Positions 38,476-50,760 of a stretch of DNA of 64,000 nucleotides are shown in pieces; position 1 is the first letter of the stretch; every line of letters starts with the position of its first letter. The notes below the pieces were generated by a model. The model worked only from the letters and a program-made list of their open reading frames with translations. It did no database searches and had not been told where the DNA came from. The translations under genes and the position numbers were made by a program. The DNA comes from Mobula hypostoma (Eukaryota): positions 1,178,001 through 1,242,000 of the forward strand of contig NC_086101.1 in NCBI RefSeq assembly GCF_963921235.1, in the 5' to 3' direction.

Positions 38476-38940
38476 GGCTACGTCCACACTCGACCAGATA
38501 AATCTGTAACCAAAGCCTTTTCTCTTCATTTTGACCCTCTGTCCACACTGAAATGGCGTTTTCCTCCCCCGAAAATGGAGCTTTTCTAAAACACTCTCCA
38601 GGGTGTTTAAATCTGAAAACGCTGGTTGGCCGTTGCAGCGTGTACGGGATAACCAGCTAATTTTAAAACCGCTGTCGTGACATGCCGGAACAAATGGCGG
38701 CAGCGTGGCATCTCATGGTTTTCCTGAACGCAACCTCCAACACCACAACAATATCTGACAATAGATGTGTAACAGCCTAATGTAACATTGTATGGAATTA
38801 CAAGATAACACTGATGCAGACATGTTTTATACATTTAACAAGGTGCTTTATTAATGTATTGCTTGTGCAAACATTCAATAGATGCAATTGTCACTTTTGC
38901 CCAGTAGCTCATTTTATTGCAATGTTAAATACAGCAAAAT
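38476..38940. mobile_element. PIF/Harbinger-like DNA element, one end only
   Basis: TAA followed by TIR-like GGCTACGTCCACACT with subterminal GAAAA/TTTTC motifs; interrupts Gypsy gag. Confidence 0.6.
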
Positions 38941-38943
38941 AAT

Positions 38944-41018
38944 ATAGAACATAGAATAGTACAGCACAGTACAGGCCCTTCGGCCCACAATGTTGTGCCG
39001 ACCCTCAAACCGTGCCTTCCATATAAGCCCCCACCTTAAATTCCTCCATATACCTGTCTAGTAGTCTCTTAAACTTCACTAGTGTATCTGCCTCCACCAC
39101 TGACTCAGGCAGTGCATTCCACGCACCAACCACTCTCTGAGTAAAAAACCTTCCTCTAATATTCCCCTTGAACTTCCCACCCCTTACTTTAAAGCCATGT
39201 CCTCTTGTATTGAGCAGTGGTGCCCTGGGGTAGAGGCGCTGGCTATCCACTCTATCTATTCCTCTCATTATCTTGTACACCTCTATCATGTCTCCTCTCA
39301 TCCTCCTTCTCTCCAAAGAGTAAAGTCTTAGCTCCCTTAATCTCTGATCATAATACATACTTTCTAAACCAGGCAGCATCCTGGTAAATCTCCTCTGTAC
39401 CCTTTCCAATGCTTCCACATCCTTCCTATAGTGAGGTGACCAGAAGTGGACACAGTACTCCAAGTGTGGCCTAACCAGAGTTTTATAGAGCTGCATCATT
39501 ACATCGCGACTCTTAAACTCTATCCCTCGACTTATGAAAGCTAACACCCTATAAGCTTTCCTAACTGCCCTATCCACCTGTGAGGCAACTTTCAGGGATC
39601 TGTGGGCATGTACCCCGAGATCCCTCTGCTCCTCCACACTACCAAGTATCCTGCCATTTACTTTGTACTCTGCCTTGGAGTTTGTCCTTCCAAAGTGTAC
39701 CACCTCACACTTCTCCGGGTTGAACTCCATCTGCCACTTCTCAGCCCACTTCTGCATCCTATCAATGTCTCTCTGCAATCTTCGACAATCCTCTACACTA
39801 TCTACAACACCACCAACCTTTGTGTCGTCTGCAAACTTGCCAACCCGCCCTTCTACCCCCACATCCAGGTCGTTAATAAAAATCACGAAAAGTAGAGGTC
39901 CCAGAACAGATCCTTGTGGGACACCACTAGTCACAATCCTCCAATATGAATGTACTCCCTCCACCACCACCCTCTGCCTTCTGCAGGCAAGCCAATTCTG
40001 AATCCACCTGGCCGAACTTCCCTGGATCCCATGCCTTCTAACTTTCTGAGTAAGTCTACCATGTGGAACCTTGTCAAATGCCTTACTAAAATCCATATAG
40101 ATCACATCCACTGCACTACCCTCATCTATATGCCTGGTCACCTCCTCAAAGAACTCTATCAGGCTTGTTAGACATGATCTGCCCTTCACAAAGCCATGCT
40201 GACTGTCCCTGATCAGACCATGATTCTCTATATGCCTATAGATCCTATCTCTAAGAATCTTTCCCAACAGCTTTCCCACCACAGGCGTAAGGCTCACTGG
40301 TCTATAATTACCCGGACTATCCCTACTACCTTTTTTGAACAAGGGAACAACATTCGCCTCCCTCCAATCTTCCGGTACCATTCCTGTGGACAACGAGGAC
40401 ATAAAGATCCTAGCCAGAGGCTCAGTAATCTCTTCTCTCGCCTCGTGGAGCAGCCTGGGGAATATTCCGTCAGGCCCCGGGGACTTATCTGTCCTAATGT
40501 ATTTTAACAACTCCAACACCTCCTCTCCCTTAATATCAACATGCTCCAGAACATCAACCTCACTCATATTGTCCTCACCATCATCAAGTTCCCTCTCATT
40601 GGTGAATACCGAAGAGAAGTATTCATTGAGGACCTCGCTCACTTCCACAGCCTCCAGGCACATCTTCCCACCTTTATCTCTAATCGGTCCTACCTTCACT
40701 CCTGTCATCCCTTTTTTCTTCACATAACTGAAGAATGCCTTGGGGTTTTCCTTTACCCTACTCGCCAAGGCCTTCTCATGCCCCCTTCTTGTTCTTCTCA
40801 GCCCCTTCTTACGCTCCTTTCTTGCTTCCCTATATTCCTCAATAGACCCATCTGATCCTTGCTTCCTAAACCTCATGTATGTTGCCTTCTTCCACCTGAC
40901 TAGATTTTCCACCTCACTTGTCACCCATGGTTCCTTCACCCTACCATTCTTTATCTTCCTCACCGGGACAAATTTATCCCTTACATTCCTCAAGAGATCT
41001 CTAAACATCGACCAAATG
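38944..41018 (-). mobile_element. Young 5'-truncated CR1
   Basis: Uninterrupted ORF2 portion plus 3'UTR and TTCTATG-type tail. Confidence 0.95.
39005..41008 (-). CDS. CR1 ORF2 reverse transcriptase region (667 aa, lacks the endonuclease)
   Basis: Open frame with [47 protein letters not shown]. Confidence 0.85.
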   Translation of the reverse strand: MFRDLLRNVRDKFVPVRKIKNGRVKEPWVTSEVENLVRWKKATYMRFRKQGSDGSIEEYREARKERKKGLRRTRRGHEKALASRVKENPKAFFSYVKKKGMTGVKVGPIRDKGGKMCLEAVEVSEVLNEYFSSVFTNERELDDGEDNMSEVDVLEHVDIKGEEVLELLKYIRTDKSPGPDGIFPRLLHEAREEITEPLARIFMSSLSTGMVPEDWREANVVPLFKKGSRDSPGNYRPVSLTPVVGKLLGKILRDRIYRHIENHGLIRDSQHGFVKGRSCLTSLIEFFEEVTRHIDEGSAVDVIYMDFSKAFDKVPHGRLTQKVRRHGIQGSSARWIQNWLACRRQRVVVEGVHSYWRIVTSGVPQGSVLGPLLFVIFINDLDVGVEGRVGKFADDTKVGGVVDSVEDCRRLQRDIDRMQKWAEKWQMEFNPEKCEVVHFGRTNSKAEYKVNGRILGSVEEQRDLGVHAHRSLKVASQVDRAVRKAYRVLAFISRGIEFKSRDVMMQLYKTLVRPHLEYCVHFWSPHYRKDVEALERVQRRFTRMLPGLESMYYDQRLRELRLYSLERRRMRGDMIEVYKIMRGIDRVDSQRLYPRAPLLNTRGHGFKVRGGKFKGNIRGRFFTQRVVGAWNALPESVVEADTLVKFKRLLDRYMEEFKVGAYMEGTV

Positions 41019-41172
41019 CTAGAGACTGGAGCTAAGTTAACAGGGCTTTTTACTTACGGAACCTGAACTGAACACACATATACAGATCAATATGCACCTA
41101 ATAGCGCATGATCAATAACGTGTTACTACCACATAAAATAGTCCCATATTATACAGTAGGCTATATGGTATA
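41019..41172 (-). repeat. Gypsy 5' LTR remnant
   Basis: Matches 33488-33631 with about 10 mismatches in ~144 bp (counted by eye); ~40 bp missing at the CR1 junction. Confidence 0.9.
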
Positions 41173-42219
41173 AGTGGGATGATCAAATCATTCTTAGACC
41201 ATGTGAACAACACGACCAGTGACTTGAACCAACAGGAGTTGAACAATCTGCTGGAAAGTCCACTCTTAGCTGAGCTGATAACCCTGTGGACAGACTTTCT
41301 GGGTCACCTCCATCACAACAACTGGCAGACTGTGAGAACCAGGCATCCACCTCAGAGAGTGTGGAAAGTTCAGATGAAGATGTGGAAGACGTGGAAGACT
41401 TGGAAAATTATTATGATTATCAATAGGTTATGAAAGTATGGAAAGCAGTCTTTGATTAAATATATTCATTTTACAACCAAATGTTTAGCACACATAAAGC
41501 TACCACTGTGCAATGCTATCACATGTTTTCTAACTCTAGAGATGTATACCTTGCCAAAAATCACTATGAGCATTATTCCCCCTCAGGTGGTACCGACCAA
41601 CCCTACTGGCTCATGGAATAAAGGTATTTTACTGTTCCTCAACTGTCCTATCAAATAGCCTGGGCTCCCAATCCACATTAGCCAACTCCTCCCTCAACCT
41701 GTTGTAGTCTCCCTTGTTCAAGTATACTATTTCATCCTCCATCTGTATGCGAAATTCAATCATATTATGATCACTCTTTCCAAGAGGATCCCTGACTACA
41801 AGATCGTTAATCTTACCTGTCTCATTGCAGAGGATTAGATCTCAGATAGCATTTCCCCTTGTAGGTTCACTAACATGCTGCTCAAGAAAACCATCACGAA
41901 TGCATTCTATGAAGCCCTCCTCAAGATTTCCTTGACCAACCTGATTCACCCAATCTATGTGGAAGTTAAAATACCCCATGACAACTGCCGTTCCGTTCTT
42001 ACAAGCCTCAGTTATTTCTTGGTTAATTGCCTCTGCCACTGCAATATTTTTATTAGGTGGCCTATAGACAACTCCCACCAGTGATTTTTTTCCCTTTACT
42101 ATTCTTAATCTCCACCCAAATGGACTCAACATTCTGCTCCGTAGATCTTATACCATCTCTCACAATCGCCCTGATCTCATCCTGAATTAAGAGTGCCACC
42201 CCACCTCCTTTGCCTTCCC

Positions 42220-44431
42220 TCAGTGAGTCAGTCAGTCAGTGGGTGCCATCCCGAATTCGGGGTTGGCAGCTATGCACCTCCATCTTCTTCGATCTTGCGC
42301 TCTTTTTCTGGCCTCAGCATAACTCAACCCAGTCCATTGCCTCACATTATCGTACCAGGTGGTTCGCTGCCTTCCTCTTTCCCTCTTTCCTCCTATCATC
42401 CCTTCCATAACAATTCTGCAGTCCACCACCTCTTAACAAGTGCCCGGCATATTCCAGCTTCCTTTTCTGCACATTCTTCAGCAAATCCTTTTCTCTCCTC
42501 GCTCTCTTCAACACTTCCATATTACTGACCTTCATCACCCATCTCATTTTCTACATTCTCCTTGAACACCACATTTCAAATGCCTCCAGTCGTCATTGCG
42601 CTTCCTTGCATAACGTCCACGATTCGACTCCATACAACAGACTGCTCCAGACGTAGCATCTCCAAATTCTACAACGCAGCCCAGAGTCCAACCTCTTGCC
42701 ACACAGCATGTCACTCAGGCTCCAGAACGTTGATCTTGCAATCTCAATTCTTTGTCTAATTTCTGTATCACATTTCCCATCCTCTGTGACCATCTGTCCC
42801 AAGTACACAAACTTCTTGACTTGCTCTATGCCTACGCCGTTAATTTTGATACTGATTTTGGGGACTTCTTTCTTCCGTGATACTACCATCAGCTTCGTCT
42901 TTGCAGCATTTATTTTCATTCCAAATTGTTCACCTTCAGCATTTATCTTATCTACTATTCTGAGTAACTCGTCGTCAGTCTCGGCTAACAACACTGAATC
43001 ATCTGCATACCTCAAGTTGTTCACTGTCACTCCACCAATTTGGACACTAGCTTCATCGTTCAACACCCTGAAGATTACCTCTGAGTAAATGTTAAATAAT
43101 AAAGGGGAGATAATGCAGCCCTGGCGAACCCCTTTTTGGATCTCAACTTCCGGTGAATTCCCACCACTAGTTCCTATTACTGCCTTCTGATGTCAGTACA
43201 GACTTGCAATCAGTCGAACATCTTTCCCATCCAGCCCCATGAGTTCAGACAATTGACCAGCTGTTCATGATTGACTTGGTCAAAAGTTTTTTCGTAATCC
43301 AGGAAGCACGTGTAAATGCCTTTTTTTTTCTAGACCTCATTCCACAATCACTCGCAAATTGAAAATCCCTTCACGGGTACCCTTACCTGGTATAAATCCG
43401 CTCTGGCACTCACTGATTTCATTAGGAACTGTCCCTTTTTATTCTGCTTAGAAGTATTAATAACAAGATCTTGGAGGCATGACTTATAAGACTTATAGTT
43501 CTAAAGTCTGAGCATTTCATGCTGTTATTTTTCTTTGGGATCATGACAAACTCTGACTCCACAAAATCTGTTGGCCACTTTCCTGTTGAGTAGATTGTAT
43601 TGCAATGCTTCGTGATCTCCTCAACCTCTGAGTCGCCAAGGCATTTCAACATTTTGGCTGTAATACTATCTACACCACAAGCTTTACCAGTTTTTAACTT
43701 TCCAATGGCTGCTCTTCCGCTACCAAAATTTCTGGACCTTCCGTGTTCTTCTCACTTACTTGATCATTTCTAGCATCATAGTAATTCCCTAATGTATTCC
43801 ATCCATCTACTTCCCACCTTGTCATTCTCAAAGAGTACGTTCCCATCCTTGTCTTGAATAATGCCAGTCCTCGATTGTTTCTTGTTTCGGTTGGTCATCT
43901 CTGCAATCTCCCTGTGCATATCCCTTGAATGATGGAACATGCCCATGGTCTCTATCTTTTCACACTGTTTTATAAACCATTGTTCTTTAGCTTTTGCACA
44001 TTCTGCTCTTATTTGTTGGTCCAATTCCCTGTACCTTGATGTGTCCTTCTTGTGCTTCCTTCTCTCTTCCATGAGCTTCAGAATGTGATCCGTCATCCAG
44101 GCTTGTTTAGCTACGCGCCTTCTTTTGGGGAGACATTCTTCAGCTGCCATTTGCATACAGTCCTTCAGGTTTGACCACATGTTATCTGGTGCCTGCTCCA
44201 TGTCTTCTACTCTCAGTCCTTTAAACCTATTTTGTACCGCTGCAGAAAATCTTTCACTATACTCGCTCTTCTTCAGTAAGTCCATATCCAGCCTGGCTTT
44301 CTTGGTTGCAGCCTTAATCTTCATCTTTAGTGCAATCTCACCCTAACAACCACCGGGTTGTGATCCGAGCCTATATCGGCACCTGGATAAGTCTGGGCCA
44401 TCCTAATACTTCTCCTGAAGCGTTTCCTCAC
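42220..44431 (-). mobile_element. RTE-clade LINE, 5'-truncated
   Basis: DIGSDHNPVV, K..WMTDHIL.LMEERR, FRTISLISHASKILL, NNLRYADD, LLYGVESWTL; almost no 3'UTR; (TGAC)n tail; interrupts the host CR1 EN. Confidence 0.9.
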
Positions 44432-47400
44432 TGCCTATCTTTCCGTATTACCTGATACCCTTTGATATTTAATTCCCAGTTATCGCCACCTTGCAACCAG
44501 GTTTCTGTAATGGCCTAAATCATATGCCTTGGTACTGACCTGTGCCACAAGTTCACTAACCTTGTTTCTAATACTATGGGCAGTTGGATAAAGTGCCCTT
44601 ATCCTCATTGTCCAAGTAGAACCGTGACCTATGCATTTTTGTTTTTTACCTTTATGCACTTTACTCTTACTTTTTTCTTCACTAACTCTAGCTTTGGTCT
44701 CTGCATCACTTCCCTCTTCTTTTCTGTCTGGGTTCCCATTCCCCTGCCATATTAGCTTAAAATCTCCCCAACAGCACCAGCAAACAATCTCCCTAGGACA
44801 TTGATCCCAGCCCTGCCCAGATGTAGACCGTCCGGACGGTACTGGTCCCACCTCCCCCAGAAATGGTTCCAATGCCCCAAGAATCTGAAACCCTCCCTCC
44901 TGCCCCACCGCCCAAGCCACATATTCATTCTAGCTCTCCTGCTATTCCAACTCTGGCTAGCACGTGGCACCGGTCATAATCCTGAGATTATTACCTTTGA
45001 GGTCCTACTCTTTAATTTATCTCCTAGCTCCCTAAATTCAGCTTCTAGGACCTCATCCTCTTTTCTTCCTATATCGTTGGTACCCACATGCACCACGACA
45101 GCTGGCTGCTCACCCTCCCCTTTCAGAATGCCCTGCAGTCTCTCCGAGACATTTCTGACCCTTGCACCCGGGAGGCAACACACCATACAGGAGTCCTGAT
45201 TGCGGCCACAGAAGCTCCTCTCTATTCCCCTTCCCATGGAATCCCCGACCACAACAGCTCCGCCACTCTTTTTCTTGCCCTCATGCACAGCAGAGCTACC
45301 CACGGTGCCATGATCCTGGCTACTGCTGCATTCACCTAATGAGCCATCTCCCCCAACAGACTCCAAGGCGGTATATCTGCTTTGGAGGGAGATGACCACA
45401 GAGGACTCCTGTACTACCTTCCTGCGACTAGTCTTCCTGTTGGTCACCCATTCCCTATCATTCCTTAGATCCTGAAACTGCGCTGTGACCAACTCACTAG
45501 ATTTTTCTATCCACAAGAGTCTCAGCATCTCGGATGCTCCAAAGTGAGTCCATGCGCAGCTCCAGTGCCTCCATGTGGTCCCGTTGAGCCAAAGCCTTCC
45601 TACTTTGTCTCCCCCTGCTCCAACGCCCGCTGTATAAATCTGTATTCTTTTTAAAACCTTCTCATCGTTCTCACTGACCGACGTCCATGCGCTTGTGCAG
45701 TCGTGCCCCGTTCAAACCGCTGAAGAAATAACTGTCACCTTTTGAACTCTAGACACTAGACACTAGAATACTACAGCACAATACAGGCCTTTTGGCCCTC
45801 GATGTTGTGCCGACCATATATTCCTAAAAAAATGTACTAAACTCAGACTACCCCATAACCCTCTATTTTTCTTTCATCCTTGTGCCTGTCCAAGAGGCTC
45901 TTAAATACCCCGAATGTTTTAGCCTCCACCACCATCCCTGGCAAGTCATTCCAGGCACCCACAACCCTCTGTGTAAAAAACTTACCCCTGATAGCTCCCC
46001 AAACTTCCCTCCCTTAACTTTGTGCATATGCCCTCTGGTGTTTGCTATTTCTGCCCTGGGAAACAAGTACTGGCTATCCACCATATCTATGCCTTTCATA
46101 ATCTTGTAGACTTCTATCAAGTCCCCTCTCATCCTTCTACACTCCAAAGAGCAAAGTCCCAGCTCTGCTAACCTTGCCGCATCAAACTTGTTTTCCATTC
46201 CAGGCAACATCCTGGTAAATCTCTTCTGCACCTTCTCCATAGCTTCCACATCCTTCCTATAATGAGGTGACCAGAACTGAACACAATACTCTAAGTGCGA
46301 TCTCACCAGAGATTTGTAGAGTTGCAACATGACCTCTTTACTCTTGAACTCAATCTCCCTATTAATGAAGCCTAGCATCGCATAGGCCTTCTTAACTAGC
46401 CTATCAACCTGTGCAGCGACCTTGAAGGATGTATGGATTTGAACCCCAAGGTCCCTCTGTTCATCCACACTCTTAAGTAACCGACCATTAACCGTGTACT
46501 CAGCCTTCTGGTTTGTTCTTCCAAAATGCATCACTTCACACTTATCCGGATTGAACTTCATTTGCCACTTTTCTGCCCAACTCTGCATCCTGTCTATATC
46601 CTCTTGTAACCTTTGACAACCTACTGCTCCATCCATAACTCCTCCAGTCTTTGTGCATTCTGCAAACTTACTCACCCAATCTTCCGTCTCCTCCTCATCC
46701 GGGTCACTTATAAAAATCACAAAGAGCAGGGGTCCCAGGACAGATCCTTGCGGCAGTCCACTAGTCGCCGACCTCCACGTAGAATACTTTTCTTCCACTA
46801 CTACCCTCTACTTTCTTCCTGTAATCCAATTTTTTATCCAAACACACTGATCCCATGCCTCATGACTTTGTGGATGAGTCTCTCATGGGGGACCCTGTGA
46901 AAAGCCTTGCTAAAATCTAAGTAGACCACATCTACCACCCTACCCTCATCAATTTCTTTTGTTACCTCTTCAAGAAACTCATTTAGGCTTGTGAGGCATT
47001 ACCTTCCCTTCACAAAGCCATGTTGACTATCCTTGAGTAGACTGTACTTTTCCAAATGCTCGTAGATCCTATCCTTAAGAATCCTTTCCAATAGTTTGCA
47101 GACCACCGACGTAAGACTCACCGGTCTATAGTTCCCAGGATTCTCCCTATTATCTTTTTTAAACAAGGGAACTACATTTGAAATTCTCCAATCCTCCGGC
47201 ACATCCCCTACAGCCAAAGAGGATTCAAAGATCATAGCTACTGCTCCAGTGATCTCTTCTCTCACTTCCCACAGCAACCTGGGGTATATCACATCCGGCC
47301 CTGGGGACTTATCAATCTTGATATTTTTAAGAATCCTTAATCTCCACATTGTCCAGCACCCAGGCCTGTTCTATTTCGACCTCACCCTGATCAAGGTCCT

Positions 47401-48990
47401 TTTCACTTGTGAATACTGAAGCAAAGTATTCATTTAGGACCTCCCCAACCTCCTCTGCCTCCAGGCACAAGTTGCCTTCTTTAACCTTTAGCAGCCCCAC
47501 CTTCATTCTTGTCATCCTTCTGTTCTTCACATACGCATAGAACGCCTTGGGGTTCTCCTTAATCCTACATGCCAAGGCCTTCTCATGCCCCTTCGAGCTC
47601 TCCTAAATCCTTTCTTAAACTCCTTCCTGGCTACCCTATATTTCTCATGAGCCCCTGCTGCTTCCTGCTTCTTATATCTAACATATGCTTCCTTCTTCCT
47701 CTTGACAAGTTGCCTCACGTGTTTTGTCAGCCACGGTTCCCTTTTCCTACCATTTTTTTCCTTGTCTCAGTGGGACAAATCTACCCTGAACCCAGCACAA
47801 GCAGTCCCTAAACTTCCTCCACATTACTTCTCTGCTTTCACCCTGAACATCTGTTTCCAATTTACTCTCGCTAGTTCCTGCCTCATCCTTCATAGTTAGC
47901 CCTTCCCCAGTTAAGCACTTTCCTATTTTGTCTGTTTTTATCCTTTTCTATAGCGATGCTGAAGCTCAGGGAGTTGTGGTCACTCTCATCAAAATGCACC
48001 CCCACCAAGAGGTCTGCCACCTGACCAGATTCATTACCCAGAACTAGATCCAGTATGGCCTCTCCTCTCGTCGGCCGGTCCACATACTGTGTCAGGAATC
48101 CTTCTTGAACACACTTGACAAATTCAGTCCCATCTATCCCCCTTGCAGTCAGGAGGTGCCAGTCAATATGAGGGAAGTTGAAAACACCCATAACTACAAC
48201 CCTGTATTTCCTGCACCATTTTCTAAAATCTGCCTACTTATCTGCTCCTCGGTGTCCTGAGGGCTATTTGGCAGCCTATAGGCTACTCCCAGCACAGTGA
48301 TTGATCCCTTCCTATTTCTGACTTCCACCCACACCGACTTAGTGGACACTCCCTCTGCAACCTCCTCCCTTTCTATAGCCGTGATACTATCCCTGACCAG
48401 TAACGCTACTCACCTCCCTTTTCTACCTCCCATCCCATTCCTTTTAAAACACTGAAACCCCAGTAACTGCATCAGCCAATCCTGCCCTTCCTCCAGCCAA
48501 GTTTCAGTGACGGCCAAAACATCGTAGTTCCACCTACTGATCCATGCTCTAAGTTCATCCCCTTTATTCCTAATACTCCTAGCGCTGAAATAGACACATT
48601 TCAACCCCTCTAACTGGCTACATTTATGTTTTGTCCCCTGCCTGTCCTTCCTCACCAACTCAGAACACATAGCATCGTGCCCTTGTCCTTCTATCCTAAT
48701 CTCTGCACTCACATTCTGATTCCCACCCCCCCCCCGCCAAACTAGTTTAAACCCTCCCCAACAGCTCCAGCAAACCTGCCCGCCAGGATATTGGTCCCTT
48801 TCCAGTTCAGGTGCAGCCTGTCCTTTTTGTACAGGTCAGACCTTCCCCAGAAGAGATCCCAATGATCCAAAATTCTGAACCCCTGCCCCTTGCACCAACT
48901 CTTCAGCCACACATTCATCTGCCATAACTTCCTGTTCCTACCCTCTCTGTCTCGTGGCACAGGCAGCAATCCCGAGATTACCACCCTTGA

Positions 48991-50205
48991 TTTGTGGTAT
49001 CCGTTAGTCTCACGAGACCATGGATCTGCGTCTGGAAAGTCTTGCTTCAGTCTGTGTTAGAGCAGCGTCTGTTGTGGCTATAGAGTCCCACACCGGAGTG
49101 ACAGTCTCGGCTGCAGCGACTGCACTTGAAGCCACCATCCTCCAGTGTTGTCTTGGTGCTGTTTTTCCGACGAGTGCGCTTTTCTTCAGCAGCAAGCCTC
49201 AGTTTCTCTTCTCCTCTTTTTAGACCTCTGTGTAGTTCCAGCCTCCAGTGAGAGCGATCGCTTGTGATGTCCTCCCACCTCTCAACGTTCATTTTCAATG
49301 ACTTCATGTCTCTCTTGCAGACATCTTTGAAACGAAGATGGGGCCGCCCTTGTGCTCTCTTGCCGGAGGCCAGTTCCCCGTAAAGCAGGTCTTTCGGGAT
49401 CCTCCCATCTGACATGCAGTGTACGTGGCCCAGCTAGCGGAGACAGCATTGTTGGAGCAGGGTGAAGAGGCTGGGTATCTGGGCGCGGGCCAGGACCTCA
49501 TTGTTGGTGACTCGGTCAGTCCACGTGATGTCCAGGATGCGTCTCAGGCTGCGAAGGTGGAAGTTGTCGAGATGCTGCTGTTGTCTGGAGTAGAGGCTCC
49601 AGGTCTCGCTGCCGTAAAGCAGTGTGCTGAGGACGCAGGCCCAGTAGACTGCAACCTTGGTGTGCATCGTCAGCTTTCTGTTCTCCCAGACTCTCTTTGT
49701 CAACCTGGCGAATGTTGAGGCTGCTCGTCCGATCCGTCTGTTGATCTCGGGGTCTAGGGAGAGGCTGTTTGTGATGGTGGAGCCAAGGTATGTAAACTCA
49801 TGAACTACCTCCAGCTCGCAGTTGTTGATGGTAATGGCAGGGGGGTGCTCAACGCCTTGGCTCAACGCGTTGGTCTTCTTCAGGCCGATGGTCAAGCTGA
49901 AGTCCTGGCAGGCTCTTGAGAAGCTGTCCATGAGGTCTTGCAGTTGCCGTTCAGAGTGTGTTGCCAGTGCCGCGTCGTCTGCAAACAACATGTCCCTGAT
50001 GAGTACTTCACGAACCTTGGTTTTCACCCTCAGCCGGGACATTCTAAACAGCCTCCCGTCCGATCTGGTGTGGAGTTAGACACCATCAGTTGATGTTTCA
50101 AAGGCGTGCTTCAGCATGACTGTGAAGAAGATGTCGAACAGGGTGAGGGCAAGCACACAGCCCTGCGGATGTTAAAGACCTCTGAAGAAGAGCCATCGAA
50201 CTGAA
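48991..50205 (-). mobile_element. RTE (BovB-like) LINE 3' portion
   Basis: DMLFADDAAL, FTYLGS, LLYGSETW, RIPKDLLYGEL, C-terminal CxxC..H..C finger; TSD CTTGA (48986-90, 50206-10). Confidence 0.9.
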
Positions 50206-50760
50206 CTTGAGGTCCTGCTTTTTAACTTCTTTCCTAACTCCCTATATTCCTTCTTCAGGACCTCATCCCTACTCCTATCTATGTCGCTGGTCCCCATATG
50301 GACCACGGCATCTGGCTGCTCACTCTCTCTCCTGAGAATACCAAGAACTCGATCGAGATATTGTGGACCCTGGCACCAGGGAGGCAACAGACCATCCGGA
50401 TTTCTCGATCTCTCTCACAGATCTTCTTATCTGTCCCCCTAACTATCGAATCCCCTATCACTACTGCTCTCCTCTTTTCCCTCCTTCCTTTCTGAGCTGA
50501 GGGTCCCGTCTCGGTGCCAGAGACTTGACCACTACAACTTGTCCCTGGTAGGTAGTCCCCACCAAAACAGAATACGTATTGTTGATGGGAACGGCCACAG
50601 GGGTGCTCTGCTCTTTCTGTCTATTCCCCTTCCCTCTCCTGACAGTCACCCAGTTACCTGTCTCCTAACTTTTAGGAGTGACTGTCTCCCTGAAACTCCG
50701 ATCTATTACTGCCTCTGCCTCCTGAACGATCCGAAGTTCATCCAGCTCCAGTTCCTTAAC

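Larger units (their letters stand above)
33449..41172 (-). mobile_element. Gypsy/Ty3 LTR retrotransposon, decayed, with nested insertions
   Basis: 5-bp TSD AGTGG (33444-48, 41173-77); gag with decayed zinc knuckles 37848-38451, protease 37545-37727, RT YLDD 35944-36306, RNase H, integrase (D..SKWPEV, TDNG.QF, YHPSSNGLAER) 34192-34755; PPT ~33632-33645. Confidence 0.92.
31831..41620 (+). mobile_element. Academ-like DNA transposon, internally deleted, split by a Gypsy element
   Basis: Imperfect ~125-130 bp TIRs (31831-~31962 and ~41497-41620) starting TAGTCCGTGAGCCAG and ending CTGGCTCATGGAATA; flanks AAA/AAG (possible 3-bp TSD, one mismatch); host CR1 resumes on both sides. Confidence 0.78.
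26527..45730 (-). mobile_element. Full-length CR1 broken into five pieces by nested insertions
   Basis: Pieces 26527-27617, 30130-30391, 31079-31830, 41621-42219 and 44432-45730 are colinear (tail, RT, linker, EN, ORF1 esterase, 5'UTR) and rejoin at the insertion sites, e.g. GSVLA*I|VDWLTNRRQRV. Confidence 0.85.

Noticed and set aside
39005..41008. 667-aa ORF as a domesticated host gene or autonomous element
   Set aside because: It is a plain 5'-truncated CR1 ORF2 lacking the endonuclease and promoter; intactness is explained by youth
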